Notes: generated by a model not told the origin, from the letters alone. A DNA stretch of 64,000 nt from Hyalangium minutum (GCF_000737315.1 NZ_JMCB01000023.1:165169-229168); one strand, 5' to 3'; positions 41,149-51,725 are shown, numbered from the stretch's first letter. Program-made: numbers and translations.

Positions 41149-41673
41149 CTATTGCGAATCGGGCGTTTCGTCTCCGCGCGCGGTGACGGCACTGCCCAGA
41201 CGTGCCACGTCCCGGACCAAATCCTGCGCCCGGCGCCTCAGGGCGCCCAGCTCGTCCTCCAGCGTCCGCCGGTGGTCCCCGCCGAACGGACGGCCTCCCA
41301 GCTCTGACTGGAACCCATCCAACACTGAAGCCAGATCCCGCTCCAGCTGGTCAATGTGGTTGCGGTGAAAGAGGAACGACCGCTTGATGTCCTCCAGCGT
41401 GTGCCCCTCGGCCATCATCTTCTTGATGGCGTTGATGCGCCGAACGGACTCCACCGGGTAGAGGCCACGGCTCCCCTGGTGCTTGCCCTTGCGGCCCACG
41501 CGGCGGCTGCGCGGCAGCAGCCCTGCCTGGACGTACTTCCGAAACGTCGCCTCCGAGAGCTGCACGCCCCGGGGCCGAAAGATCTCGAGGATTGCGCGAA
41601 CCGGTAAGCCACCGGCGTGGTCGCGCTCGATCCGCTCAATCTCCTCGGGACCCAGCAGTTCCATTGCTTCCAT
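41149..41673 (-). CDS. MerR-like HTH DNA-binding protein
   Basis: [16 protein letters not shown]...Y....VRRI..IK.M..EG.TLEDI pattern typical of MerR-type winged HTH domains. Confidence 0.7.
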   Translation of the reverse strand: MEAMELLGPEEIERIERDHAGGLPVRAILEIFRPRGVQLSEATFRKYVQAGLLPRSRRVGRKGKHQGSRGLYPVESVRRINAIKKMMAEGHTLEDIKRSFLFHRNHIDQLERDLASVLDGFQSELGGRPFGGDHRRTLEDELGALRRRAQDLVRDVARLGSAVTARGDETPDSQ

Positions 41674-41832
41674 TCAATATAGGATACTGAAGATACGACA
41701 TTGAGTGCCAGAACACGGCAGCACCTGTCAAGCAGGAAAGGCCCGAGACGAACCGTTAAAAAATTGACAGAGCTACCGGACGGAGGGCGGATCCCGGGCC
41801 GTCAGCGGCTCAAGCGTCGAAGCAAGAGGGTG

Positions 41833-41867
41833 AAAAACGGCGAGCGCTCAGCGAAGGGCGAGCGCTC
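41833..41867 (-). terminator. Possible terminator after the kinase gene
   Basis: Two GAGCGCTC palindromes 10 nt apart, followed by a T5 run on the minus strand. Confidence 0.4.
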
Positions 41868-43728
41868 AGCGGCCGGCGTTGAACTCCAGGCTGACCGTGC
41901 CGTTGGGCTCAAGAATGAAGCGCTCCGTCTTGGTGCCCCTCGGGTGCTGGAACTCCAGCTTGTAGCTGCCCGGGTCCAGCTTGATGATCTTCTTGCCCTG
42001 GACTTCCCCGTACGAGCGGCCGTTCACCACGACGGTGGCGTACGGCATGGCCCGGACGGTGAGGCTGCCCTTCACCGAGGCAGGCTTCGCCGGGGCCGTC
42101 TCGGCCACCGGGGGATTCTGGGCTGGGGCCGGAGCTGGGGCTGGAACTGGGGCCGTGTTCGCGGGAGGCGGTGCCGCCACGACGCCAGGGTTCGCGGCCG
42201 GCTCGGCGGTCTGCGGGCCCGCGGACGGAGGAGGCGTGGAGGGCTCGTGGGAAGGCCCTGGCGAAGACGGAGGTTGGGTGGGCACGTTGGGAGCCGCACT
42301 GACGGTGGGCTCGGTGGGCTTCTGCCGCGAGCTGAACAGGGAGCCGACGCCCACGGCGGCAAGCAGGCCCACCACGCCAAGCCCGATCCACATCCCCATG
42401 CGCCGGGAGTTGGAGGCCTTGGCGGGAGGAGGCGCCTCGGCAGGCGCGGAGAAGGCCTTGACCGAGAGCGAGACGGTCCGTTCGTAACGGGGAGGCTCCG
42501 CCGCGATGTCCGCGTCCACTTCCACCGCAGGCATGGCCTTGCTGGACGTATTCACGCGCGGGGGCAGCATGTGCGTGGACGCGTGAACATCCTCATCGGG
42601 AGAGAGCTCCAGAGCACTCCCCTGCCCGCCGCCGCCCGTCGAGCGGCTGCTCCCTCGGGGATCGGGCTGTAAGGAGGTGGACCCAGGCGGCACGGGCTCG
42701 TCGCCGACATGAGGCCCGGCGGCCCTCGCGGCGGCCCTCGCGGCGGCCCTCGCTTGCTCGGTGCGATCCGGCACCACCACCGCGGGCAGGGCCTGCGCCG
42801 AGGGCAGTATGCCGATGTAGACCCGGCGCACGAAGGACGCCACGTCCGTGTCATCCGGCGACTGGGCGTGGTTCAGCACGAACTGGGCGAGCGCCCGCTC
42901 GAACTCGCCCGCAGTCTGGTAGCGGGCCTCCGGGTCGCGCTCGAGCGCCTTCATCACCACGGCGGACAGCTCCTCGGGGACGTCCGGGTTCAGACGGGAC
43001 GGGGTGTGGATCTGGGTCTGCTGCACGGCGCGCAGCACGGCCAGGTCCGAGTCGCCATCGAACAGCCGGCCAACCGTGAGCATCTCCCAGAGGACGATGC
43101 CCAGCGCGAACACGTCCGTGCGGACGTCCACGTTCTCGCCGCGAGACTGCTCGGGCGACATGTACGCGAACTTGCCCTTGAGCATGCCGGGCGAGGTCAG
43201 CTTGTTGCCCGCCTTGGCGATGCCAAAGTCCGTGAGCTTCACCGCCCCATCGAACGAGATAAGGACGTTTTGCGGAGTGACGTCACGGTGGACGAGGAAC
43301 AGCGGCTCGCCGTTCACCTTGAGCCGGTGGGCATAGTGAAGGCCGCGGGCCACCTCCGCGCCCATGTGCGCCACGAGCACCGGCGGCATGGACTCCAGCA
43401 GATCCTTGGACTTCTTGCGCAGATCCGCAAGCGTGCAGCCGCGCACGTACTCCATGGCCAGGTAGTACGTGTCCTCGTGCTTGGCGAAGTCGAAGATCTG
43501 CACCACATTGGCGTGGTTGAGCCGCGAGGCGAGCCGGGCCTCGGCGATGAACATGTCCACGAAGTTGGGATCGCTCGCCATGAAGGAGCGGATCCGCTTG
43601 ATGACGACTTCCTTCTCGAAGCCCTCCGCGCCCTGCGAGGTGGCGAGGTAGATCTCCGCCATCCCTCCCTCGGCGAGCTTCTTGCGGACGATGTACTTGC
43701 CGATCTGGGCGCCTGCCGGGAGCGTCAC
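41866..43728 (-). CDS. Membrane Ser/Thr protein kinase with PEGA-like C-terminus
   Basis: GGMAEI, VIK, HRDVTPQN, DFG, YMSPE; TM helix; C-terminal MPYATVVVNG. Confidence 0.92.
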   Translation of the reverse strand: MTLPAGAQIGKYIVRKKLAEGGMAEIYLATSQGAEGFEKEVVIKRIRSFMASDPNFVDMFIAEARLASRLNHANVVQIFDFAKHEDTYYLAMEYVRGCTLADLRKKSKDLLESMPPVLVAHMGAEVARGLHYAHRLKVNGEPLFLVHRDVTPQNVLISFDGAVKLTDFGIAKAGNKLTSPGMLKGKFAYMSPEQSRGENVDVRTDVFALGIVLWEMLTVGRLFDGDSDLAVLRAVQQTQIHTPSRLNPDVPEELSAVVMKALERDPEARYQTAGEFERALAQFVLNHAQSPDDTDVASFVRRVYIGILPSAQALPAVVVPDRTEQARAAARAAARAAGPHVGDEPVPPGSTSLQPDPRGSSRSTGGGGQGSALELSPDEDVHASTHMLPPRVNTSSKAMPAVEVDADIAAEPPRYERTVSLSVKAFSAPAEAPPPAKASNSRRMGMWIGLGVVGLLAAVGVGSLFSSRQKPTEPTVSAAPNVPTQPPSSPGPSHEPSTPPPSAGPQTAEPAANPGVVAAPPPANTAPVPAPAPAPAQNPPVAETAPAKPASVKGSLTVRAMPYATVVVNGRSYGEVQGKKIIKLDPGSYKLEFQHPRGTKTERFILEPNGTVSLEFNAGR

Positions 43729-43747
43729 GAGCCCTTCCCACCCATGG

Positions 43748-46009
43748 CTAGAACTTCACCTTCACGGTGTTGAGCGGCGTGCTCCGCACCTCGATGCTGC
43801 GGCTGATCGTCCGCCCCAGATCCGGGTTGTAGAACTTGCACTGGTAGGTGCCCACCGGCATCGACACGTCCTGGAACGGAGTGGTGCCCAGGTTCCGGCC
43901 GTTGCAAGTCACTTCCGCCCACGGCGTCACCGCGAAGCGCACCATCGCCTTGGCCGCAACAGGCTCCGGCGGAGGCGGAGGGGGCTTGGGCGCCGGCTTG
44001 GCCAGCGGCTCGAGCTTGAGGACCTCCACCTGCGAGGGGACCGCCTTCACCCTCACCTTCTGCTCCAAGGCCCGGTACTGCGGAGCCGTCACCTTCACTG
44101 CCAGTTCCTGCTCGGCCTTGGCCTCCACCACCTGCGGCGAGAGGCCCCGCTCCTCCCCATCCACGAAGATCGTCGCCACCACTGGCTGCGTCTCCAGCCT
44201 GAGCTTCACGAACACGGTCTCCGGCGCGGGAGGCGGAGGCGTGGGCGTGGGCGTCACCACCTCGGGGGGCTTCGTCTCGGCCGGCTTGGGCTGAGGTGGC
44301 TTGGCCTGGGGCGGGGGCTCTTTCGGAGGAAGGGCCTTGAGGCTCAGCGGCGCGAGCGCCAGCGTCCCCGCCTCGGGCACCGCCACCGAGGCGCGCACCT
44401 CCTCGTAGCCCTCGCGGGAGACCACCACCTGGTAGGTCCCCGCCGGCATCGCGGGCAACGTCAGCGGCGTGATACCCGGGAGCGCCTTGCCGTCAAACGT
44501 GACCTTGGCGCCGGAAGGCACTGTGTCCAGCCGGACCTGGGCCGGGGGCGGAGGCGGCTCGGACCGCAGGAAGAACCACAGCGCCAGGAGCGCCACCACC
44601 GCCGACACCACCGTGGCCACGATCGCCGGCAGCCGGCGGCGCCCCCGCTGACGGCGCGGGGCCTGGGTCGTCCCCGTCATCGACAGCGCCAGCGAGGGCT
44701 CATCCAGCGCCTGCGTCGGCATCTCGGCGAAGTCGGGACTCGGGGGGGGGACCGCCGCCATCGCGGGCCGGGAGCTCGGGCTGTGGCGTTCGGGGCGCTC
44801 GGGGCGCTCGGGGCGCTCCGGGCGCTGGCGCTCCGCGTCCAGCTCGCGGCGGAGGTCACTGCTGCGCCCGTTGCGCATGGGGCGCTGCTGGGCGGTGGGA
44901 TCCGTCACCTCGGCCTCGGGCTCCGCGGTGGACCCCACGGGCTCGCCGCGATCCGCCCGGGTCACTTCCCTCGAGGACACGGGGGGAAGATGGCCCCCGG
45001 AGCGGCGGTGGCCTCCCACGGCCGTGCGCTGGCCGGTGGTGGGAGGCTCGTCCTCCACCACGATGCCGCCCGAGCGCTGCTCGCGCGCGAGCCGATCCGC
45101 GTACACCTCGCGCAGGAACCCCGCGAGCGCGTCCAGGGCTGCCCCCTTCTGCGAACGCAGCCACCCCTCCAGCTCCGTCTGGAGCTGGAGCGCCTCCGAG
45201 TAGCGCGCGTCCGGCTCCTTCGCCAGCGCCTTCATGACGATGGGATCCAGGGCCTTCGGCACGCGCGGGTTGACCTGGGAGGGCGGCGTCACGTGGCACT
45301 CGGCCACCGCCGACAGCGTCTGCATGTCGCTGGAGCGCTTGAACAGGCGCGTGTTGGTGATCAGCTCGTAGAGCACCACGCCCAGCGCGAACACGTCACT
45401 GCGGCAGTCCACCCGCTGGCCAGCAGCCTGCTCCGGGGACATGTACGAGTACTTGCCCTTGAGCACGCCCGAGCGCGTCACCGTGGCCTGGTCCGCCGCC
45501 TTGGCGATACCGAAGTCCACCACCTTCACCTCGCCCCGGAAGGACACGAGGATGTTCTGCGGCGACACGTCCCGGTGGACGATGTTCAGCGGCTTGCCCG
45601 AGGGGTCCGTCTTCTTGTGCGCGTAGTCCAGGCCCGCGCATGCGTCGGAGACGATCCGGCACGCCAGCTCCACCGGCAGCTCCAGCCCCTGGGCCGCGGC
45701 GCGCTTGCTCATGCGCCGCACGTCCTCGCCGTGGATGTACTCCATGGCGATGAAGAAGCTGTCGTCCTGAGCCCCCAAGTCGTAGATGGCGACGATGTTG
45801 GGGTGCGCCAGCCGCGCGGCGATCTTGGCCTCGTCCAGGAACATCTGGACGAACTCCTTGTTCTCGCCCAGGTGCGGAAGGATGCGCTTGACGACCACCA
45901 GGTCTTCGGAAGGCTCGGGCCCCTTACGGCGCGCAAGGTAGATCTGCGCCATCCCGCCCGTGGCGAGCCGCTTGAGCAGCTGGTAGTTGCCGTAGTTCTC
46001 GAGTGACAC
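43748..46009 (-). CDS. Membrane Ser/Thr protein kinase with multiple PEGA domains
   Basis: GGMAQI, HRDVSPQN, DFG, YMSPE; TM helix; PEGA motifs (TVPSGAKVTFDG..TPL, TQPVVATIFVDG, TPWAEV..NG..GTTP). Confidence 0.92.
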   Translation of the reverse strand: MSLENYGNYQLLKRLATGGMAQIYLARRKGPEPSEDLVVVKRILPHLGENKEFVQMFLDEAKIAARLAHPNIVAIYDLGAQDDSFFIAMEYIHGEDVRRMSKRAAAQGLELPVELACRIVSDACAGLDYAHKKTDPSGKPLNIVHRDVSPQNILVSFRGEVKVVDFGIAKAADQATVTRSGVLKGKYSYMSPEQAAGQRVDCRSDVFALGVVLYELITNTRLFKRSSDMQTLSAVAECHVTPPSQVNPRVPKALDPIVMKALAKEPDARYSEALQLQTELEGWLRSQKGAALDALAGFLREVYADRLAREQRSGGIVVEDEPPTTGQRTAVGGHRRSGGHLPPVSSREVTRADRGEPVGSTAEPEAEVTDPTAQQRPMRNGRSSDLRRELDAERQRPERPERPERPERHSPSSRPAMAAVPPPSPDFAEMPTQALDEPSLALSMTGTTQAPRRQRGRRRLPAIVATVVSAVVALLALWFFLRSEPPPPPAQVRLDTVPSGAKVTFDGKALPGITPLTLPAMPAGTYQVVVSREGYEEVRASVAVPEAGTLALAPLSLKALPPKEPPPQAKPPQPKPAETKPPEVVTPTPTPPPPAPETVFVKLRLETQPVVATIFVDGEERGLSPQVVEAKAEQELAVKVTAPQYRALEQKVRVKAVPSQVEVLKLEPLAKPAPKPPPPPPEPVAAKAMVRFAVTPWAEVTCNGRNLGTTPFQDVSMPVGTYQCKFYNPDLGRTISRSIEVRSTPLNTVKVKF

Positions 46010-46148
46010 GGTCTGCCCCCCCAACGGCACCGCCGCGGGGGAGGCCCAGGCTTACGGAGAGCCGGAGCGTAAGCGGCACTGCGGGGGGGGTCAAACCCCT
46101 GATTCACCATTCAGGCAGGGAGGCCCCGGCAAGCCAGGGGCCGGGCGC

Positions 46149-46583
46149 TCAACCCCCCCGGCGGGCCGGACGGATCTCCCGGGTCTCCCTCATGAGGGCA
46201 TCCAGGGCGTCCAGGTGGCGGCGGAGCACCGGCAACACCAGGGGATTGGCGTCTACCCGGTCGAACAGGTCCAGCGCCCGGTCGACCTGGCGCTCAATCT
46301 CAGAGGCCCGCTGCGGGGAGATGCGCCGCAGTAGCAGGTCCGCCCCGGCCTCCATGAGGACGCGGGCCACGGCATCCCGGGAGGTGAGCGGCTCATCTGG
46401 GCGGCGCTGCCCCTCGCCACGGATGACACGCAGCCCAGGACCCGAGCGGCGCGCGGGGGCGCTGGGCTCGGGGGACAGGGGCTGCTTGTGCTGACGGGTA
46501 CTCACCAGACGCCTCCTCGGCTGCGGCAGGGACGGTCTCAGGGTACTCAGCACGTGGGGTCCTCCAATTTTCTGGTCATCCAA
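46149..46583 (-). CDS. Hypothetical helical protein
   Basis: Open frame with an amphipathic C-terminal half (RDAVARVLMEAGADLLLRRIS); start uncertain. Confidence 0.55.
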   Translation of the reverse strand: MDDQKIGGPHVLSTLRPSLPQPRRRLVSTRQHKQPLSPEPSAPARRSGPGLRVIRGEGQRRPDEPLTSRDAVARVLMEAGADLLLRRISPQRASEIERQVDRALDLFDRVDANPLVLPVLRRHLDALDALMRETREIRPARRGG

Positions 46584-46670
46584 ACAGGCTGATGCAGCCC
46601 TGTAGCACCTGGGGCCGACATCCCCTGTTTGGGGCCTGAAAATTGGGCCTTTGCGAGTCCCCGCGACCGT

Positions 46671-49616
46671 TTACTGGCAGGCGCGGCGGTAGGCGATCTC
46701 CACCCTGGCGCCGGGAGCAGGCCCCGGCGAGAAGAGGACACTGTTGGTGGTTCCGTCGTAGCTCCAGCCGGTGGTGACGGGCGAGCCGTTCACTCGCACG
46801 GACACCGAGCCAGGATCCGGCAGCTCGCTCAGCGGGAAGCGGTCCTGCGGAGAGAAGGCCTTGTTCGCCACGTTGCGGAGCAAGGGAGCGTAGTCCGCGG
46901 CGCACACGGAGACGACCTCGCCCCCCGTGCGCGTGGCAGCCTCGGCGTACCGGGTGCCCACGCCGCCCGCAGTGGCGCAGGCTGCCTCGGTGGGCGCGAT
47001 GGCGTAGATCGTCATGCGCTGAGGCTGGAACTCGCCCTTCTTGTTCTGGAGGAAGCGGACGTAGGTGTCCACGCTGTCCGGCGAGTGGTCGTCCTCGTCT
47101 CCCACGAAGACGACGACCAGCGCGGCCTCGTCGCGGAGGAAGCCCGCGTTACCGTCATTGGGCGCTGGCGTGCGCGGATCATCCGCCCCACTCACGAGCG
47201 GGTCCGAGAGGGCGCGGCGCACCGCCTCGAAGCCCTGCTCCACCGAGGCGCACTGGCCCACCTGGGCGTTGCCCTGGAGCTTGTTGGCCAGGTCCGGCGT
47301 CTGGTGCGTGAGGATGCGCTGGCGGCTGTTGTCCACCGGGAAGAAGCGGCCAGACTCACCGCCCTGAGCCCCACCCGGGCAGGAGTTCGACTCCGCCTTG
47401 ATGCCAGTGGTCGTCACCGCCACGTGCAGGTCCACCTTCTTGTCCAGGGCCGTGCTCACGAAGGCTGGCAGCGCGTTGATGAACCGGGGCTGCTCCTCGA
47501 CCATGGACGCGGTGTTGTCCACCACGAAGAGCACGTCCACCTTGGCGCCGTCCTGCTGGACGAAGGTGTCCGTCTTGTCCACGCGCTCGGAGGACTCGCC
47601 CACCAGCGAGACGAGCAGCGGCTCGGGCAGATCGCTCGAGTCCACGAAGAGGGGCGACAGGTTCATGCCCGTCACCTGGGCGTAGTACTCCACCTCGGTG
47701 GTGAAGGCCTCGCCCGGCTGCAGCAGGCGCGGCAGCGGCGCGGGCACCGAGCGGATGTGGAACTCGCTGTCCGTGGTCCCCGCCCCCAGGCGCACCCCCG
47801 ATACGGTGATCGGACTGGCGCACGCGTTGATGTAGTTCACCTGGCGAGGCGCCGGCGGGCAGTCCCTGCGCCCGATGCCGAAGTCCACGAAGCGCGGAGT
47901 GGGCACCAGGCACGCGCTCTGCGAGTGCGCCTGCAGGGGCACCAGCACCAGCGGGTTGGCGGGATCCGCCTGCTCCAGCTGCACGGAGCCCAGGAACGAG
48001 CCCCCCGAGGCCGGCGCATTGAAGGCGACCTGGAAGCTGAACCAGTTGCCCGGGTGGATGATCAGGCCATCCAGCTCTCGGCCCGGCATGCGGAACACAC
48101 CGCCTCCGTCATCGCGCAGGCGGATGTTCTTCACCGCGCACAGATCGTACCCGCGGTTCTCCACCTTCACGCCCAGCACCGAACCCCGGTTCGGCGGCAC
48201 CGTGCCGAAGTTCACCGCCAGCGGGGTGATGGCAAGGTCGCAGGGCGCGTGACGCTCCGCCGTACCGTGGAAGTCGAGCTGCACCGTGCCCGCGTTGAAG
48301 GCGTTGGTCGTGAGCATCAGCGCGCCGGTGGCATCGCCCTCGCGCGTGGGCTCGTAGAAGACCTTGAGGTTGACCTCCTGGCCAGGCGCCAACGTGTACG
48401 GCGTCGCCAGCGGCGAGGTGGTGAACTGCCCCGGCCCAGAGGGGTCGGGCTGGAACTCCAGGCTCGTGAGCTTCAGCGGCCCGCCGTTCTCCGAGCCACA
48501 GTTCTTGATGTTGACCACGACCGTCGTCTTCGAGCCGAGCGGCTGCGCTCCGAAGTCATGCGCCACCGGAGACACGCACAGCTCCGCCGCGCCACCGTGG
48601 CCCATCAGACTCACCGGCGTCACCGGGTTGCGCTTGCTCACCACGTGGAAGCGCGCGGTATCCTCCGCCGGGCCCATGTGGCCGGGGCTGTAGCGCAGCT
48701 CCCACTCGCGCACCTCGCCCGGCTGGAGCACCAGCGGGAAGTCCGCGGCGGCGGCGTGGCTGAACGAGGCATCCGTCCCCGCCAGCTCCAGTTGGGACAC
48801 CGTCATCGGCTCGGTGCTGATGTTGTGGATGCGCGCCATCAGCCGCTTGTCCTTGTCGATGGGCACGCCCCCGAAGTCCAGCTCGGGAGGCTCGGCGACC
48901 ACGGCGCGATCCAGCGCCTCGGCCACTACCTGCACCGGCACGTCCGCGCAGCCACGGCACGGCGCCACCGCCAGCGCCACGCTCTTGCGCCCCACCTTCA
49001 CCGGGTTGAACGTCAGCGGCAGCTCGCGGCGCTCGTTGGCGCCCACCGTCACCGTGGCCGTGGTGAACTCGTCCTTGTCCTGGCCCACCAGCCGGGCGGA
49101 CACCTCCACCGGCAGGTCCGTGGGATTCTCCAGCGTCACCGTCAGCGTCTTCGAGGACTCGGCCTCGATGCGGCCAAAGTCCAGCTTCCGCGGAGACACG
49201 CGCGCCCAGGCGTCCACGCCCGCACCACGCAGGGGAATCCGGAGGATGGGCTCGCGCTTGGCGTCCGAGCGGATGACGAGCGTGGCCGGCAGAGTGCCCG
49301 GCTCCAGCGGCGCGAAGCGGACCTTCATCCCGCACTCGCTGCCCGGCTGGAGGCTGTGCGGCCCCTCATGAGCGAAGCTGGCCACGTACTGGCCCTCGGG
49401 CCCCTCCACCCAGACGTCGCTCACCTCGATGCGCGAGCGGCCCACGTTGCGCAGCGTCACGGCCGCTTCACGGCCGTCGAACACGGCCACGCGCTCAAAA
49501 TCGATGCCCCCGGGCGTGGCCGTCAGCCGGCCATCCGCCATCGAGGCACGCTCCCGGTCCGCGCACCCGGCGAGCAGACCCACCACGAGAGCCCACAGGC
49601 CCCACCGACCACTCAT
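46671..49616 (-). CDS. Lipoprotein with tandem ASH/choice-of-anchor-D Ig-like domains and a C-terminal vWA domain
   Basis: Lipobox LLAGC; about five repeats of P..(I/L)DFG..V......(V/I)...N.G; vWA DVLFVVDNTASM.EEQ and VFVGDEDD. Confidence 0.85.
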   Translation of the reverse strand: MSGRWGLWALVVGLLAGCADRERASMADGRLTATPGGIDFERVAVFDGREAAVTLRNVGRSRIEVSDVWVEGPEGQYVASFAHEGPHSLQPGSECGMKVRFAPLEPGTLPATLVIRSDAKREPILRIPLRGAGVDAWARVSPRKLDFGRIEAESSKTLTVTLENPTDLPVEVSARLVGQDKDEFTTATVTVGANERRELPLTFNPVKVGRKSVALAVAPCRGCADVPVQVVAEALDRAVVAEPPELDFGGVPIDKDKRLMARIHNISTEPMTVSQLELAGTDASFSHAAAADFPLVLQPGEVREWELRYSPGHMGPAEDTARFHVVSKRNPVTPVSLMGHGGAAELCVSPVAHDFGAQPLGSKTTVVVNIKNCGSENGGPLKLTSLEFQPDPSGPGQFTTSPLATPYTLAPGQEVNLKVFYEPTREGDATGALMLTTNAFNAGTVQLDFHGTAERHAPCDLAITPLAVNFGTVPPNRGSVLGVKVENRGYDLCAVKNIRLRDDGGGVFRMPGRELDGLIIHPGNWFSFQVAFNAPASGGSFLGSVQLEQADPANPLVLVPLQAHSQSACLVPTPRFVDFGIGRRDCPPAPRQVNYINACASPITVSGVRLGAGTTDSEFHIRSVPAPLPRLLQPGEAFTTEVEYYAQVTGMNLSPLFVDSSDLPEPLLVSLVGESSERVDKTDTFVQQDGAKVDVLFVVDNTASMVEEQPRFINALPAFVSTALDKKVDLHVAVTTTGIKAESNSCPGGAQGGESGRFFPVDNSRQRILTHQTPDLANKLQGNAQVGQCASVEQGFEAVRRALSDPLVSGADDPRTPAPNDGNAGFLRDEAALVVVFVGDEDDHSPDSVDTYVRFLQNKKGEFQPQRMTIYAIAPTEAACATAGGVGTRYAEAATRTGGEVVSVCAADYAPLLRNVANKAFSPQDRFPLSELPDPGSVSVRVNGSPVTTGWSYDGTTNSVLFSPGPAPGARVEIAYRRACQ

Positions 49617-49958
49617 GGTCCCCACCCCCACCCCCTGCACCCGACCCACACCACCCGATGCCTCCTCTCACCCACTCTGAGAGGCTCCGGCATCAGGTAG
49701 CGAAACTAGGCACCCACGGTGGGCGGAGCAACCGCACACCCGGGGAACCCCCAGGGATCTCCCCCCCGTGCCCGCGAAGGACCGCACTTTTCCCAGGGTG
49801 GCCGTTCACTGGCGAACGTGGATCACGCTCGCTTGCCCGAGCAGACAAGCCGGGGGCCGCCGGCAGCGAACGGCACGAAGTGGTCTGCTTGTCAGACCAG
49901 TTTGGGCCAACCGCACCCGGCAGGAGGCTCGAGTGGTCCCGAGCCGTGAAGCTCCTTC

Positions 49959-50606
49959 TCAGATCTTGGGAATACGAAGGGTCTTACTGATCATCGCGCT
50001 GCCGCTCAGCAGGTAGATCAGCACGAGCGGGTGCAAAGACATCGGTCCCAGGTCCCAGACACCTCCGAGCATCTGCTCCCCTCCCCCGATGCGCCCCTGC
50101 CACGTGGCCACCGCCAGCACCGCCACCAGGAGCAGACTCGACGGAATGGGCGTGCCCTCGAAGTACTTCACCTTGCCGGTGCCGTCGCTGAGCTGGGCGG
50201 CCGTGACATTGAAGCGCGCCAGGCGACTGATGCCACAGGCCACGAAATAGAGGAGTACGGCGACATCCAGCGCGCCGCGCATGCCCACCGCGAAGGCCAG
50301 GGCTGCGGGGGCCATACCGAAGGAGATGACGTCCGCCAGGGAGTCCAAGTCCGCCCCCAGGGGCGAGGACTTGAAGCGCCAGCGGGCAATCCGGCCGTCC
50401 GCGAAGTCGAGCACCAGCGCCAGCGGCATGAGCGCGAACGCCAGCCACAGCCAGCGCTCTTGCTGGGTGGCCAGGTACTGCATGGCCGACAAGATGGTGC
50501 CCGCTCCCGCAAAGCCATTGCCCAGCGTGACGAAGTCCGCGAGCACGAAGGTGCGGATCATCGAGAAGTGGCGAGGAGGCGGTTTCTCGTGAAGCTCGGT
50601 CGTCAT
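49959..50606 (-). CDS. pssA: CDP-diacylglycerol-serine O-phosphatidyltransferase family
   Basis: DFADGRIAR...GADLDSLADVISFG, LARFN, FEGTPIP. Confidence 0.8.
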   Translation of the reverse strand: MTTELHEKPPPRHFSMIRTFVLADFVTLGNGFAGAGTILSAMQYLATQQERWLWLAFALMPLALVLDFADGRIARWRFKSSPLGADLDSLADVISFGMAPAALAFAVGMRGALDVAVLLYFVACGISRLARFNVTAAQLSDGTGKVKYFEGTPIPSSLLLVAVLAVATWQGRIGGGEQMLGGVWDLGPMSLHPLVLIYLLSGSAMISKTLRIPKI

Positions 50607-50867
50607 TCGGACTCTCCTACCGTTCCGGAGGGCGGGGCCACTGGCCCGAACCATCCCCGGGATCGCTCAGCTGCACCACGCTTTTCTGGCCAGGCCCGCC
50701 CGCCGGACAACACGGCACGGGCCTTGCTCTCTCGAGGTGACACTCCGCCCTGTGAAATAGCGTGTCCCCCCGAGAGTTCCAGCAGGGTGAAGAGGGAGGC
50801 GTTCATGGGACTGCGATGATGGTGGCTCCGGCCTCTACCAGTTCCTCCCGCCTGCACTCCTGGAGTC

Positions 50868-51725
50868 GTGGAGCCCGAGCGCCTGCAGACCCACGTGCGT
50901 GCCTTGTCCGAGACCTTCCACCCTCGGGACTCCACCCATCCCGAGAACCTCGACCGCGCCGCCGAGTACCTCGCCGAGCACTTGAAGCGTGCGGGCGGCC
51001 AGGTGGAGTTTCAGCCCTTCCACGTCGAGGGCAAGGAGTACCGCAACGTCATTGCCCGCTTCGGCCCGGAGACACCAGAGCGCATCGTCATCGGCGCGCA
51101 CTACGACACGGCGGGCCCACGGCCCGGGGCGGATGACAATGGCAGTGGTGTCGCGGGCCTCCTCGAGCTGGCCACCCTGCTCGGCCAGAAGCCACCTCTC
51201 ATGAGGGTGGAGCTCGTGGGCTTCACGCTGGAAGAGCCGCCCTACTTCCGCTCCGAAAACATGGGCAGCCGGGTACATGCCAAAGCCCTTCGCACGGCGG
51301 GGGCCCAGGTGCGGGCCATGCTCTCTCTCGAGACGATCGGGTTCTTCACGGACGCGCCGGACAGCCAGCACTACCCCGTGGATGAGCTCCGTTTGCGCTA
51401 CCCCTCCACGGGAAACTTCATCGCCGTGGTGGGGCAGACAGGCGATGGAGGGCTGGTGCGCGAAGTGGCCACGGCGATGCGTGCCGTGCGCTCACTCCCA
51501 GTCGAGTTCCTCAGCGCCCCCACCAGCCTCCGCGGTATCGACTTCTCCGATCACGCGAGCTACCAGGCCGAGGGCTACCGCGCCGCGATGGTTACCGACA
51601 CCGCCTTCTTCCGGAACCCGCGCTACCACGAGCCTACGGACACGTGGGACACGCTGGACTACGGGCGCATGAGCCAGGTCGTACAAGGAGTGCACTGCGC
51701 GCTCCAGAGCCTCTCTCAGCCGTGA
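50868..51725 (+). CDS. M28 family metallopeptidase
   Basis: GAHYD, GADDNGSG, EEPP, LETIG, SDH, YH metal-ligand motifs; no signal peptide in this frame. Confidence 0.85.
   Translation: MEPERLQTHVRALSETFHPRDSTHPENLDRAAEYLAEHLKRAGGQVEFQPFHVEGKEYRNVIARFGPETPERIVIGAHYDTAGPRPGADDNGSGVAGLLELATLLGQKPPLMRVELVGFTLEEPPYFRSENMGSRVHAKALRTAGAQVRAMLSLETIGFFTDAPDSQHYPVDELRLRYPSTGNFIAVVGQTGDGGLVREVATAMRAVRSLPVEFLSAPTSLRGIDFSDHASYQAEGYRAAMVTDTAFFRNPRYHEPTDTWDTLDYGRMSQVVQGVHCALQSLSQP

Noticed and set aside
46629-49700. 1023-aa plus-strand ORF
   Set aside because: Antisense shadow of the ASH/vWA lipoprotein.
49865-49895. Sigma-54-like GGCACG motif (also at about 19712)
   Set aside because: The GG-N10-GC spacing is not satisfied.
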